Positions 34,070 to 47,700 of a stretch of DNA of 64,000 nt are shown here, piece after piece (the stretch's first letter is position 1; each line of letters starts with the position of its first letter). The position numbers and the translations under genes are program-made. A model generated the notes under the pieces. It saw only the letters and a program-made list of their open reading frames with translations. It ran no database searches and was not told the DNA's origin. The stretch comes from Raillietiella orientalis (lineage: Eukaryota): NCBI GenBank assembly GCA_036172245.1, contig JAYWIR010000010.1, positions 2,666,001 through 2,730,000 of the forward strand, in the 5' to 3' direction.

Positions 34070-37000
34070 GGCGGACAGACGGGCCACTGCGAGGCGGCAG
34101 CTCCTCCTCGGAGTCTTCCGGAGCGCGCGGACAAAGCCAAGGCATAAAGAGAGCGTTTATTTGGCTGCCCTTCTTCGCGTAGTGATGGGTGGGCACCCCT
34201 TACGGCCGAGCAAGAGGAATGCGCAGAGGTAGTTAGGCCCCTCGAGCACCCCTGCTCCTCCGGAAATACTCAGGCGGCGCAGCTTCCTGCGACAGCAATT
34301 CCTCTTTGCCCATCCTCCCTTTGCCCTCCGTTGCTTCCTCAAGGAACGAACGTTAGGTGCTCCAGAAACTCGCCTCCCCTCCCTTTCCGTCTCCGCCTCC
34401 TCTCTTCTTTTTCCCCTTCTTTCTCCTCCCTTCCTGCGTTTCTGCCGAGCTTCCCCCGCTGGCGGTTCCTGCGTCTCCTCTCGATTTTTGCCATCCCGGG
34501 AGCGGCCGCAGGAGCGTTCCCGCCCTAGGAAAAGGCGGGAACGCTCCTCCACTGCCTCTTCTCCCTCTCTCCGGACCTCGGCATTCCTTGGCAACGCGAC
34601 AGAATGGCGGCACTCCTTCCTTCCTCTTCTTTCCTTCCCTCGTGCCGTCTCGCAGGAGTTCCCTGTAGGGGCAGAAGGACGATGACGAAAGCGAAACGGA
34701 GTGGTGGGTAGGGAGAAGAGGGTTGGTGCGCCTCCGTTGCCAAGCTCCACCGGATCCGCAGCGCTCTCAGGTGGCGTCCATTCGCCCGCTTCAGTGACAG
34801 CGTGCCGCGGGACTTCCCAGCTGCCTCTCCCTGAGGGAAGGGGACGGGTAGGGAGAGGTCGGGCAGGTTCCCTCGAATCCTACGGGCAGGTGTCTCCACG
34901 CGCACCCGCGAGCGAGCGTGCGCGCGCGCGCGCGCGCACAACGGTCCCCTGCGACGACCGCGGTGACACGAGAGCCACCTCGGGACGGAACATCTGCCGC
35001 TCCCGCCGTCCCTCCGCGTTGCGCAAGCTGTGAGGGAGGGCGGGCCCGGCACCAGGACGCCGCTCGTTCCAGGAAGGCGCCCCCGGGGAGAGGTCTTCCC
35101 GCCCGGTAGCGGCCGCCGCTACTCGCGGGTCCTCGCCGCTTGCGTCTCTGCTTCGAACGCGTCCCGGGTCGTGAGAGGTGCCGGGCGAGGAACGCCATCC
35201 CGGATCCCCGTCGGCGGCTGCCCCAGGGGAGGTTCCACCCTCCATGATCCCCTATCCCATCTTTCTTCTCTCCCGATCCTCGGCCAAACGCGTCCATAGG
35301 AAGCGGGGGAGAAGGAAGGGAGGGGGAAGGAGAAACGAAGAGCAGACTGCCTTCGGATGCAGGCGGAAAGCGTCCCGTCCCGAAACCCGAAACCCGGACG
35401 TCACGCCCCCTCCTGGAGCTCTGTGGACGAAGCGACTGCGGAAGGGATAGGGATGCGGAGGCGTAGGGGGAACTCCTGGAGGGAGGGAACGAGAGAGAGC
35501 AGGCGTGCCTCACATGAAGAGCAGAGGGAAGGAGCAGGGACACCCTCCGAGAGGAGAGTTGGACCTGGGTGAGCACCCGTAAGGGAGCAGCGGGAGGGGT
35601 TGCTCGCTGCCGTTATCGGCAGCGAAGCGTCTGCGCGTCTCGTCTGGACCGGCGACTGCGCGGGTTCGCCCTCCGGGGGCGACAGCAGGCATCCCCTCCT
35701 GTGGACGGGGGGCAGGAAGAGAACGGATGAAGGAGACCCCAACGAAGGATCCCTCTGTCTCCACAGGTGCGTGGGGTATCCCCAACTGGCGCCGCTTGCG
35801 AGTGAGCACATCTTTCCGCAGTCCTTACTTTTCTCCTGCATGCGTCAGGTGCACGGGCGCTCCTCTGGGAGTGGGACCAGGCCATGGACCGGGCCACTGG
35901 TTGTGTAGCCGGACCACAGGGGAGAACAAGGAGGCTCCGATCTTTAAGGAGTAAGATATCCGTCCCCCTCTCGCGTATTCCATTTTCCCGATCCGACGCC
36001 TTTCCTCTCAAGGGGCCCACTCCCTACTCTCCTCTGGGAGTACCCTCTCGGTCGAGGGAACGCGGCCTCTGCTAGGAGAGGGCGCGCACCGCCTTGGGGA
36101 ATGGCGTTTGGGGCACAGGGAGTCGTCACCTCCCCCCGCGGAACGCTAGGGGATGCAATCTCCCTCCTGGTTGAACCGGGGGTTCTCCCCCGGCAAGTTT
36201 CTTCTTCAGCCTCTCGGTCCAAGTGCGGTCCCCCCGCGGGAGGGAGGGACTCCTCCACTGCCTTGGAGGGAGCGGAGGCACCGAGACGAGGGAAGTGGGA
36301 GGGAGGGAGGACAGGAAGGGGAGGCTGTTCTCCTCGGAGGGTGAGGGACGGGCGTTTCCCGGGAGCGTCTCCTCGGCTGGAAGAGGGGTTCCCCGTTCGC
36401 GTCCGGTTTCCTCCGTTCCCGGCTTTCGCGCGCTGCACGCACTCTCGTGGGAGGGCGCGCAGCCTGTGGGCAAACCAACCGTCAAGGGTTCAAAGTTCAG
36501 GAACCTCGGTGAGGGGAGGGGAGAAGGAGGACTGAGGGAAGAGGAGCCATGCTCTCTTTCCGGGATCCCCGGGACTGGTAAAAAGGAAGAGCTCCCCATC
36601 CGTTGAGATGTGCAGGGTGAGAAGGGTGAGGAAGGTCAAGGGGCGGGCGGTATGCGTGGACCGGAAGTCCGTCCTCCTGGAGAGGGGAACAAGGGTGGGA
36701 AGAGGGGTTTCCGGAGGGTCGCCACCCCTCCCCCGGCTGATGCTACAACCGGAGGGCGTGTCTGGATCGTCCCTCGCGCGGGTCCGGGACGGCAAGGAAG
36801 GATGACGGCGCGGTCCGCCTTGGAGTCCCGAATCGTCCCGGAAGCTTCCCTGATAGGCGGTTTGGAGGGAAGCCTCTCGCCGGAAAAGGGGAGAAGTGGG
36901 GAGGTGGGCAATGACAATCCCAGAAGCCAATTTCTCTCTGTGGAGCTGCCGCGTCCCGACCCCTCCGCGACGCGTAGGCTTCGCGGGTGTACCTTCAGGG

Positions 37001-39612
37001 AAGGAGGAAGAGTGGCATCTCCCTCTCCTTTCCTCTGCCTCTCGTCCAGGGACAGAGAGGGGAGCCCTTCCCGGGCATCTTCGTTGTCTGGGAGAAAGGG
37101 ACAAGTGCCAGCGGGGCGCACGGGGAAGGTCCTTCGAGACGCTTGCGCAGGGGGAGGAAGGGGGAGGAGCTCCCTCGGTGAGACTGCGGGGAAAGGCGCG
37201 GCTTCGGTGGCCTCCCGCAGCCGCCTAGGGCGCGCGCGCAACCGTTTGGGAAAGGGGAGAGGGGAAGGACGCGGGAATGCCGGCGCTCCCGTCCCCTCTC
37301 CTCCCGACGGAGTATCGAAACACTCCTCTGTGCTCGTGTCCTTCTCCTCCCTTCCCTCCTTTTCTCTCCCTCTCTCCATTTCTCCCTCCCTCCCCTTCTC
37401 CTCCTTCTTCCTCTTCCCAGCTTCCCCAGCTCGAAGGGCGGGAATTCGGGACACAGCAGTCGCCCCTTTGTCCCGGCGGTGGCGGGTAGCCTGTGCCAAC
37501 CGCTCTCGCGAGTTTCCATGGGGAGTGCGCCGCATGTCGGCGTCCCGATGGAAACCGCTCGCGCCGCTCCCCCGACCGCGCACCCGACGACGCCAGGTGG
37601 GGATTTCGCCTCCCTCCCTCTTCCGTTACTCGCTACCGCGCGCGCGGAGCGGAGGGACGCGCTCGCGATGCGCTTACCGAGCGCCCATCCCCATATGGGT
37701 CTCCCCCGGATGGACCCTACACGCCTCCTGTAGACCCTCTCCTGAAGTCCCCCTAGGATCGACTCCTCGCGTTCCCATAAGCGAAAGGGCAGTCTCCTCG
37801 AGGAAACTCAGAGTCTTTGGGCTGGGGAATCCCAGAGGATGAGCGGTCGGGAGAGGAAATTTCGTGCATCTTCCCCGGAGACAGAGGGGCAGCTCCGAGT
37901 TCACTATCCCTTTGACCGCGGGACCTCCAGGAATCCTTGGGGGGAGGGAGGGAGACGCCTTCTTTCATCCCGGGAACAAGTCCAGCGCAGTTCTCCTTAA
38001 AAGGGTGCGACCCACAAACCTCCTCCTCCTGCAGGTCGCTCATCACCGCTTTCCTGTTGAGGGATTGGAGTTCGTGGGGGAGGAAAAGGAAGGCCTGAGG
38101 ACCCAGAGGGAACAGCAATTGCGGGACGGACAACGCCATCCTTGGGTCTCGAACCTGCTGCATGCCGGTGCTCCTGGTCCAGCGGCGGGGAATGTGGAAA
38201 GGGAGAGGGGGTGGATGGGACGCCGTGCCGACCCTGCGGCACAGCGCGCACGCGCGCGAGGGCGAGGGCGGCGCCGGCAGGTGCTGCCGCCTTAAAAGGG
38301 CCCCCGCCCCGGAGGCATCTGCCGCTTCCCAAGTCCGTGCCCGACACCTGTCGCTCCCACCTGTTCCCGGCTTGTGCCGCCGCCACACGTCACGGGCGGC
38401 GACGACGACGCAGCGGCGCACGTGGCGCCGGGCGCTTCTGGCCCGCGGCGGGGAAGGGGCGCGCGACTCAAAGTTTGACCGGTGCAGGCCACATGCCGCT
38501 CCTGCACACGTCCGCTGCCAGGGGGCGAAGGGGAAGAAGGGGAAAACAATGTGTTTGTCTGGAGGGCTGAGGAGAGACTCCGTGCAGGGGAGGATTCCCG
38601 GAAAGGGCGACTGGTAGGGGAAGAAGGGGGGAAGAGGGCCTCCTTTCGTTTGTGGTCCCTCCGCCCAGCTCTCCTCTTGCCCTCGGAGAAAGCCCATGAG
38701 CGGGACAAGCGAAGTCCTTCCTCTCCCCGAGGTAAGGAGGCATCCTCTCCCCCGGGATCAGAGGGCCCTGTTTCGGACCCTGGGCCGCCTCGGCTCCAGC
38801 GGACGCTCCACACGAGCTCCCGAGGTGGGGCTTTTCCTCCCTCCGAAAGGAAGGGCCCTGAGCTTGTATAACCAGGGGAGGGAAGTGTATCCTGGGTTAG
38901 TGCCCTCCCTCCCTCCCTTAACCTGGCGTACTCCTGTCTCGTGGCAGGAGCAGTGCCCAGTGCTCTCAGGGATGCCATCTTAAAGGAAGTGAGGAGGGGA
39001 AGCGACTGAGAGCCCAAACGAGCGATCCTCGTTCTCCCCTCCCTTCTTTCGTCACAGGAAGGAGCATGTTTCATGGTCAGGACGCCGCATCTCTTCGTCT
39101 TCCTGGGAGCCATGGGGGAGAGTGAGGGGGCGCCTCTACTTTCCCTCTCCCTCTGCGGGGAGGTTCCGCAGTTCCCTGAAAGAAGAAGGTTCTCATGGAT
39201 CCATCCCTTTGCGTGGGAGAGACGGCGCTTGTCCCTGGGAGCGTACCCAAGACCTGAGTGGAACGGCAGCAGCTAATCGGAGCGCCAGTACTCCCAAAGG
39301 GAACAGGATCCACTGGGACTCCGGAGGTCCTGGATAGCAAGGAGGGATGGGAGATGGGGACCGCGCTGGGAGAGAGAGAAAACTCTTTTTCCCACTGCCC
39401 TGTCCCGGGATCTCTCGCTCCCGGAAAGAAGCACGGCAAGCTCTTGGGAAGGGAGGGTGGAGCAAGGCGCTGGGACCCGTGGGGATGAGGCGCGTTCCTC
39501 CCACAGCTCCCTTGCATCCGGCAGACGGCTTGTTTTCCCTCGCCTGCCTGCAGGAACCCTACCATCCGACCGAGTGGGCAGGGGCGCCACCAAGATGGAG
39601 CGGGCATCGGCC

Positions 39613-41724
39613 AGGAAAAGCGCTGGGGAGGCGGCGAGGGGGGCAAAGCAGGGTCCATCGTTCCCACTCCGCCGCGTTTCCGACGGCCGCTCCCCGACGA
39701 CCCTGAGGGCACAGCTGGGGGCTGCCTCTCCCAGGCGCCGCGCACGCGCCGGCTGCACCCGGCTTTCCTGAGCTGGAAAGAGACTTCCCGCCTGCTCTAG
39801 GGGGCACCTGAGGTGGCCGTGGCCTGCGAGTTTCAAGTGGCGTCCCCCTCGCCTCTTTCAGGAACGGGACTTTCCTCTGGGGTGGTCCCTACAACCCGCT
39901 CTCCCAAGGGTCGGAGGGGTGGGATCGAGCGAGGATCTCAGAATTTCTTCCTGGTCGACCCTGAAGTCTCTTCCCCCTCTCCCTGCCCCTCCTTTCCCCT
40001 TCCTCTCCCCTGAACAAGGAGGGCGTCTCCCTTTCTTTCCTCTAAGGGTGGAGGCAGTCCGCCCTGCGCTTGCCGTGGTCCGCTTTTGAGCCTCTTAGCC
40101 TCCCTCCATACCTCTCCCCCCCCCCGTTATCTTCTCCTCCCCACTCCTACCAGAACAGGTTCCAGTGGAGTCATGGGAGCCCCACGAGCACCTTCCGCAC
40201 CCTTCAGAGGGATCCCATCCCTGGTGCGCGCTTCGCACCACTCCACGCTAGGGGCGATGTCTCCTTCCTTTCTTCCTCTCCTTCCTCCTCCACTCTCCAG
40301 ACTGTAGTGCCTCAAGAGCACCGTGGCAGGCGGAAGGATGTTCCTGGTGACTCCTTCCCCTCCCTTCGACCACCGGAAAACCGTTTGCTCGTCAGCTGTC
40401 ACCGGGACACTGGAGCTCTCAGGGAGGAGTAGGGGGTGGTTTGCAGGTTCCCTGAAGATTCCCCTGAAGGAAGCCGATGAGGAGCGCAATGCACTCCTTC
40501 TCCCCCCTCCCCCCGTCTGGAATTTGATCGTCCGGTCTTTTCGCCTCCCGTCCCTCATCCCGTTTCCTCTCACCTTCCTCACTGTCCTGCAAGGGGAGCC
40601 GCCCGCGGAAGCGGCGATTGAGCTCGAGGCGCACCGGAAGGAAGTAGGAGGAGAAGGGGGAGAGGAGAGGAGGAAGCGCTGCGCAGCTGCCCCTCTCCGG
40701 GGGGCCGCAGCTTCTCCGGTCGGTCGTGACCCCGCATCCGTGCTCGGCATGAGAAGAAGCGACCTCTCCGCGGTCCCGGGAGGAAGCGCTCGGGCAGCGT
40801 CCTAGCGGCGCCAGCGTCCCCTCGCACCCACGGCCTTAATCCTGATTCATCGCTCTCGTTGCCGTTGGAGCTCGGGTCAGGACCTTTGGGAAGTAACCCT
40901 TTCTTCCTTCCCTTCCTTTCGCACCACTGTCTTTCTTCGAGGGGGGTCTTTGGGAAGAGGAGAGTCCTCCCTTGCCTCCTGGAGAGGGGGAGGGGGAAGG
41001 AGAGGAACGCAAGTGGCTGCTGGCACGGAACAGGACAAGGGAGGAGGTGGGAGAAAAGGGGAACCTCGTGGGAATCGACTTCCAGATAAGCCCGCGCCGC
41101 CATGCGCGACCATGGAGGAGCTCCCGGCTGCTTCAAGGACTTCCTCTTTTGGGAAAGAAGCCCTCCCTCTCCCGAGGACAGCACCTCGGGAAGGGGAGAG
41201 GGGAGGATCGGGGCTCCCTCAGGAGATCGGCCGAAGCATTCCAGAAGGGAAGCTCTTTCTCAGGGTCCGCTCTGGGAGGGAGGAAAGGATGGAGGCTCCC
41301 GGCCTACAACCTCTAGCCCACTCGGAGATGCGAAGAATCCGATGGACTGTAGGGATCTTTCCCAGTAGCCGCACGAAGCGCCGGGACATCTTTTGGGACG
41401 CTCTCCCGGAAAGGAGTCGCTCTCCAGGTCCGAGGCGAGGGGGTTCTGCCCTGAATTCAGGATGGCCGCCCCCCATCCCCCAGTCCTGGGGACGGAAGTC
41501 TGCGGGGAGAAGGAAGGGCGATCCCTGCCCGCTCCGCCGTGTTTCTGATGGCCGCTCGCCGCCGACCCCGCGGGCTCTGCTGGGAGCTGCCCCGCCCAGA
41601 CTGCGCCGCGCACGCTACAGCTCTCATTTCCTGAGCTGGAGGAAGACTATCCGCCTGGTCTAGGGGGCACTTGAGTCGCCTGTGACCTGCGAGTTTCAAG
41701 CAGCGTCCCCTCCCCTCTTTTAGG
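39613..41724 (+). repeat. Diverged direct repeat pair (about 39613-39862 and 41493-41724, with weaker similarity extending ~170-220 bp upstream)
   Basis: Shared blocks CTCCGCCG(C/T)GTTTC(C/T)GA(C/T)GGCCGCTC, TTTCCTGAGCTGGA, TCTAGGGGGCAC and CCTGCGAGTTTCAAG. Confidence 0.88.
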
Positions 41725-44700
41725 GGTTAGGCTTTCTCAGCTGCCACCGGTTCCTCCGCCGCTGCGGAGGAACCGGTGGCACCTTCCTTCCCGTCCACCA
41801 GGAAGAAACTGCCTGGCCTTCTCCCTCCTGGAGCTCTAGACGGGTCGCATTCGAACTCCCATCTGATCCGTCCCTCGTCGCGAGGAGACGGACGCTCGAT
41901 GGTGATGGCCGTAACTCCCTGGAAGGGATGCACGGCTCCTGGTATTCACCGGTCCTCGCAAGAACGCGAACCGGTTAGGAGCTCAACCAGCTTGGGGCTT
42001 TCTCCCCGCAGGAACCGGTTCCACTTGCGGAGGAGTAGGAACAGAAGAGGCACCGGAGGAACATGGCCCGCCTTCGGTTGGTGGGCGGCGGCGCGGGAGC
42101 GAAACCTGGAAAGCTCAGTCGGCCCGGACGCAGGGAAGATGTTAAGGCCACCACGCCTCGGTTGTCAAGCGCGACCCGGAGTGCAGCAGCGGATTCATCT
42201 AAACCTGACCTGAAGGTCAGGTCGGGTCGAATTCAGGAAGCGCGAATCTCGGAGTGGCATGGAAAGAATGGACGCTCCCGAGCAGGATGAGCCGAAGTCG
42301 CGGGAGGTGCCTGCTAGGGATGTTCCGGGCTGCCCGGTCCCGCGGTGATCTCCGAATGCTTCTCGGAGAAAGGAAAGGAATACAGCGACGATCGCCGAGT
42401 TCTCGGGGTCCCGTGCCCAGCTTCCGCTCCTTACGGGTTGACGGGATGCTTGTCCGGGTTCCTCGACGGCGGCTCGCTCCGCTCTCCCGAGAATCCAAGG
42501 ACTCTTCCCCACACCAGAGAGGCAGCGGGTTCCGGATCCCCGGGCGCAACGCTCCGCCTCGCAACTCTCCCTCGTGTGGTCTCTTCCCCTTCCCCCTCCT
42601 CCCAGCTTCCTCGGCGCGACCTGGTCGTGCGAGAGTGGCGGAACGCGGCGGTCCATTTGCAGCTGGAGGACGGCCGCGACGCCGCGCAGGCGCGCAACCC
42701 GCCGCACTCGCGCGTGCGCGCCGCCGTTCACCTCGGCTCGCAATGCCTTCCTTCCTCGCCGTGCCCCCCGCCCGTCGCTGCTCCCGGAGTTGCCCCTGTC
42801 GTCTCCCTTCCGCTCGCGACGCTTGCATTGTTGTTGCCCGTCGCTGCTCCTTCTGCCCCCACATTCTGCTGCCAGCCGCTCGCGGCGCTTGCTCTGCGGA
42901 CCCTCGCCGCTCGCAACGCCTGTTTGTATTTTTTTTTTTTTGGCCGTTGCCATACAAAGGAGATGTCCACCTGTCTCGCAGTCATCCAGCTGTATCCACG
43001 AGCTCGCCCGAGGGGATAGTCAAAGCGAGAGGAAAGCATCACCTAATGCCATGGAAACGGATAGCTAATTTCCCGTCTTCGCACAAAATCCCACCGGCGG
43101 GCGAGGAGAATTCCCGATGTCAGGTGGGACCCGAATTCCCCGCGATCTGCAAGGGACAGGCGAGAGGAGGAGGAGGAGAGCACGCGACGGTATCTCCCTG
43201 CAGGGTTTGAGGGAAGTTTCCGGGGAAGCGAGCCCACGCGATGTCTCCCTCGCTTCCCTCCCTCTCCTTCCTTCCTGCCAACGGATTGCTTGCGGGGAGA
43301 AATCGGGCAAAGATGCCTGCACTCTCCCGGATGCAGGCAGGTCAGATTCGAGGCGCCTCTCCGTTTTCACCAGTCGCGCGGGAGGGACAGAAGCGAAAGA
43401 CGGGGTGAGGGAGAGAGAAGCCCTCACTCTCGAGCCGCGTCACCATCTGCCAGTGGGAATTCCGAGACCTTCCGCAGCTGCGCGGCGGTTGCCGAGAGAC
43501 CAGATGTACAGAAACTCATAAAATGTGCTCCAGCCATCCGGCACGGCTGACGAAAGGTCACTCGCACGTTGTAAAGAGCGACGGAAGCGCCGGTGCGGTC
43601 ATCTGCTTTATCGCTGGAGCTCTCCCGCCCTGTGGGGAGGGGTGTCTGGGCGGCATCCGACCTCGTGGAAGTGAGGGAGGGGGGGGGGGTAGATCGGATG
43701 GTCCCTTGCTCCTCCCCTAGGCTCCCGAGGGCTCAAGAACGATCCAGCGGAAGCGAGAAAGCCAGCTCTCCCTCAACGCCTGCACCCGGCCGCCGATGCT
43801 CATTCGATGGGTTCTCCTTCAGGGGATCGCACCCCATCCAACCCGAGGAGGAAGCAGAAGGTCAGCTGCTGCGCAGCAGCGAGCGAACCGCTCAGCGGCC
43901 GAGGCTTCAACGAGACTTCCGCCGCCGCCGCTTGAGGACAGCCGCGCGTGCCGAGGCGGCGAGATACGCTGAGCGGATCCTTTCCGCTTCCCTGAGAGAT
44001 AATTCAGCGCCTCCTGCCCGTCGGGAAGGACTCGCTCCCTACTCGGGGCTCGTTCCCGCCAAACGGTTTCCCGACAGACACGAGCCGCTGCTCTCCAGCT
44101 TTTCCGGAGACGGAAGGCGGAGGAGATAGGGTGTCCACGTGGGGATCGGTGGTTTCTCCTCTGGAGAGCCCGCTCACGTGCCAGGAGGACCCGTCGCATC
44201 TTCACTCTCCGAGAGCGCCCGTGTCCCTCTCTCCCCCGCACCCCTCCCCTGTCTGCTGGGCGGCAGCCCATCTCCAGGCAGCACAGGAAGACGCGCCGCA
44301 TACTTGCTCTCTCCAAGCCGCCCGCCTGCATGGCCCGGGGGCCGGCCCATTCGTCCGGAGGGACTCCCGAGTTGCCACAGCGTCTCCCTCGTCGCCTTCT
44401 CTGTCGAGAGGCTCCCGAAGGGGATGGAGGCGCGCCACCTGCAGGAAACCTGCGAGGGACAGCAGCCGCAGCGCCTGGGCGTCCGCGCTATGCAGCGGGG
44501 GTCGAGGGGGAGTTCCGCATTCTGCGACGGGCGCTGGTCGGCCGAAGACGCGCAGCTCTCGTCCCCGCGCGCAGGAGCCTACCAGATGCTAAAGGACTCC
44601 CTCCCGTCTGCTCCCCGATCACGTTCGCTCGCTAATTGGGGAAGGCGCCTGCGTCCTGCCACAAAGGCGCTTTTTCATCCCGTCGCGGGAGTCTCCGCCA

Positions 44701-47700
44701 ACCGTCCGCGCACCCCGTCTCAAAGGGCGCTCGCATGCTAATCGGCAAGGTGCCTTCTTTATCCCGTTGTGAAAGACACCACTCCCGTTCGGCGTCGGGG
44801 ATGCATCCTCCTTAGTCCCCTTGTCAAAAGGCTCCGGCTGCAACAAAGGAACAGGGGTGATCTACGTCTTCATCCGCCAGGGAGCGGGCGTCGGAGCCAA
44901 CAGCGGCTAGGTGGTGGCAAGGTGGCACCCCGAAACGGCGGGAAGCCGCGAGCAGGATGCCCCCGCGACCGCCGCCGTCCCGAAGGGAAGACTGGAGCTC
45001 GCCGGAACAGTCCCAGCTCCCTCCTGGTGCGAACTCCTGAGTGCTTCCCCGTCTGGGACGCGTCCGTGCCTCTGGCGGAAGACGAAGGAGTCGTGGGATC
45101 TGGCGCGCGCGTAGTGCCTCCGCCGACCATGGAGACGATGATGCACCACTCCTCCTGGAGCGAAACTGAGAAGGGGAGGAGGCGATGGGAATCGCCCTCT
45201 CGCCTCCGGAAGAACAGAGTGGCAGGGTAAGGCGAGAAGGAACGTCCCCTCCCGGGAAAGAGGGGACACCTCTCTCTGCGCCCTCCCTATCCCTTTGGAC
45301 CGGAGAGCTCGGGTGGGACTCACGTTGGCCGCTTCAGCACTGCGGTGCCACTTCAGAAGACCCATCTCTCCCCTCCCCCTCCTTCCAGAAGAAGGGGCAG
45401 AAAAAAGAGAGGCACACCTCGGAGGAGCACGGAAGGGGTGTCATTCCCCACCCCTCACTCTCACGGAACTGCACTGGTGCGTCAGGGTAGGCGGTGGCGC
45501 ACACGTGGCTCTGGTAGCGAGGGCGAATTTTCTCCGCAGCGGCAGCATGCGTGCGGTGGTGGCGGGGTGGTCGCCGATCAGTCCCCGCCGCCATAGCGAC
45601 CGTGGTGCTTGCGATGTGGAGCTGATACAGAGGTGGCGGAGGAGCGGTGGTCGAGGTGCGGATGCGCCGTCGACACCACCCGCTCCAGAGCTCCCGATAG
45701 CCGGAGAAATCCTCGGTTTCCCGGAACCGCAGCGTGGCGGCGTGGCGAGGATCCGAGGCCGAGCCGCCCAGTCCATTCTTTCTCCCGAGCCCCCTCCTCC
45801 CCTCCCGTTCGTGCGAGAGAATCTCCAAGAGCGGGCTCCAGGGACTTGGGAGGCAGCACCGTGAGGAGAGGAAATTGGAGTTTCCGGCGGCGGCGGCGGC
45901 GTGGTCACGGGGAAAGTCCAGGAAGCGATCCTCCCGAAAGCGATCCTTCTCGTGCGGGCGGGAGATGCGGAAAAGGAGGGAAGGGGGCAATCCCCCCTCA
46001 GAGGCAGGGATGCGATAATCGTGTGGAGCAGGGCTAATCGGAAACAGGAGGAGGGTTCCCCTTTCTCTCATCCGTGCCGAGCGGTGCTACCGGAGCGGGA
46101 AGAGGCCGCGCGAGGCCTGCAACTTTCCCAGAGACCTCCATCCAATTAGCGGAAGCGGCAGATCTCGTTAGAGCCGCGCGCGCGCGCGCCGCTCCGCGAG
46201 GCACACGGAAGACTCCCGCGTGCCTCTCATGCGACCAGGAGTGGCCACTGTCACCTCGAAGAGACGGGGGGAGGGGACGGGCTAGGGGACGGCCAAAATC
46301 GCCCTTTCCTGCCTCTCCGCTTCCCTATTAGCGCACTCCACAGAGTTCGGGGAGTGTTTGGCAGGGCGGCAAGGGGGGCGACGCTGGAGCAGGGGACCCT
46401 CTTTGGATGCACCTCCTCTGTGGTGGTAGGCACGAGAGGATCCGAGGAAAACGTTGCATCCGGGTCCTCAAGGGCTGTTTCGATTCCATCCTCACCTGAG
46501 GGGCTCTGAAGCCGAAAAGGGTCCTAAAGGAAGGCTGGGAGACAAGGAAAACCCCGTCATCAGGGGTAGTGGCCACTCCGATCACTGAGCGGGCTTGAAA
46601 TCCTTCGAATGCGCCCCGGGACGCCCTTTGCCATCTTCGAGTCGCTTCCTGCATGCTGCCGGCAACAAGTCCAGCCTCAGGGTTGCCAACTCCCGGAAGG
46701 GGCAAGGTACATGCTCTTCTCCTCCCGAGGCCTTTGTGACTCTCGGAAAGGGTGACCCGAAAGTGGGCAGTTGCTCGACTCTGGCGCGCCGATGGTGCTG
46801 TAGCAGCACCATCGAGCACGGCAGCGATTTGACCTGATCAGTGGTTCCCCCTGTGGTGCACGCGGCGTGCTGCTCGCTCGAGTGCAGGGTGGCAGCGACC
46901 GCGTTCTCCTTGATGAAGGGGCACTCCAGTGGTTCGCGGTGGACGAACCCGTCCGCAAGGACAGGCAGCAGGACGGAGAGCTCCCAAAAGAAGACGAGGA
47001 ACGGACGAAGCTGCGTGCCTGGTCGGAGAGTTCTGCTCGGGAGAAAGGGAAGATGAGGGGAATGCTTTCAGAAGGGGCGAGACCGGAGCCAAGGAGGACG
47101 GGCGAGGTTAGCGGCAGAGCAAGAACGTCCCCACGGGAGCCAGCCCAGCTCCTCACGAACCTGTGACTCCCCCTCGAGCTATGAGAAAGCGCCAGAGGCG
47201 AGCCATCGACTGGAGAGGAGCCGACGACACGGAGATGCTTGTAACACACCGTGACCAGCCGAAGAGCTGCCCAGCCAATACAACACTGCTGTTTTGGTTG
47301 TTGTAATGGCAAAGTTGCGATGGAGAGGACACTGCGAGTGCTTTGGTGGTCGCGTTGGTGAGGAATTGCGCGCCGGCGACCAGTGGGTGTCCACGTATCC
47401 TTTGATGCTTACAACGGAGTCGGCGCTGTGATTCCTAGAGTCCCCCATAGAGACAGCAGCGGCTGCGTGGCGGTGCATCGAGGTGCTGCCCGCGGATGAT
47501 GCAGAGACTTGATTCTGCACGGACGTGGTGGCGGCGACGGGAGTGCTGAGTCCGCGGATAACCGGGGCGGGGGGTCGCCGTTCCTTCCTGAGGTGTTGCT
47601 ATGGGACTTCCCAGTAGCTTACGAAGAGCCCAGCGAGCCGCTCCTTGTGCTCGCGGTCCCGTCGAACCAGAGGGCTACAGACAGTGTGGACCTTCCATCT

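Noticed and set aside
46790..46814. 11 bp hairpin CGATGGTGCTG-TAG-CAGCACCATCG
   Set aside because: Real but isolated, too short for a pre-miRNA, and with no Helitron-type end evident nearby.
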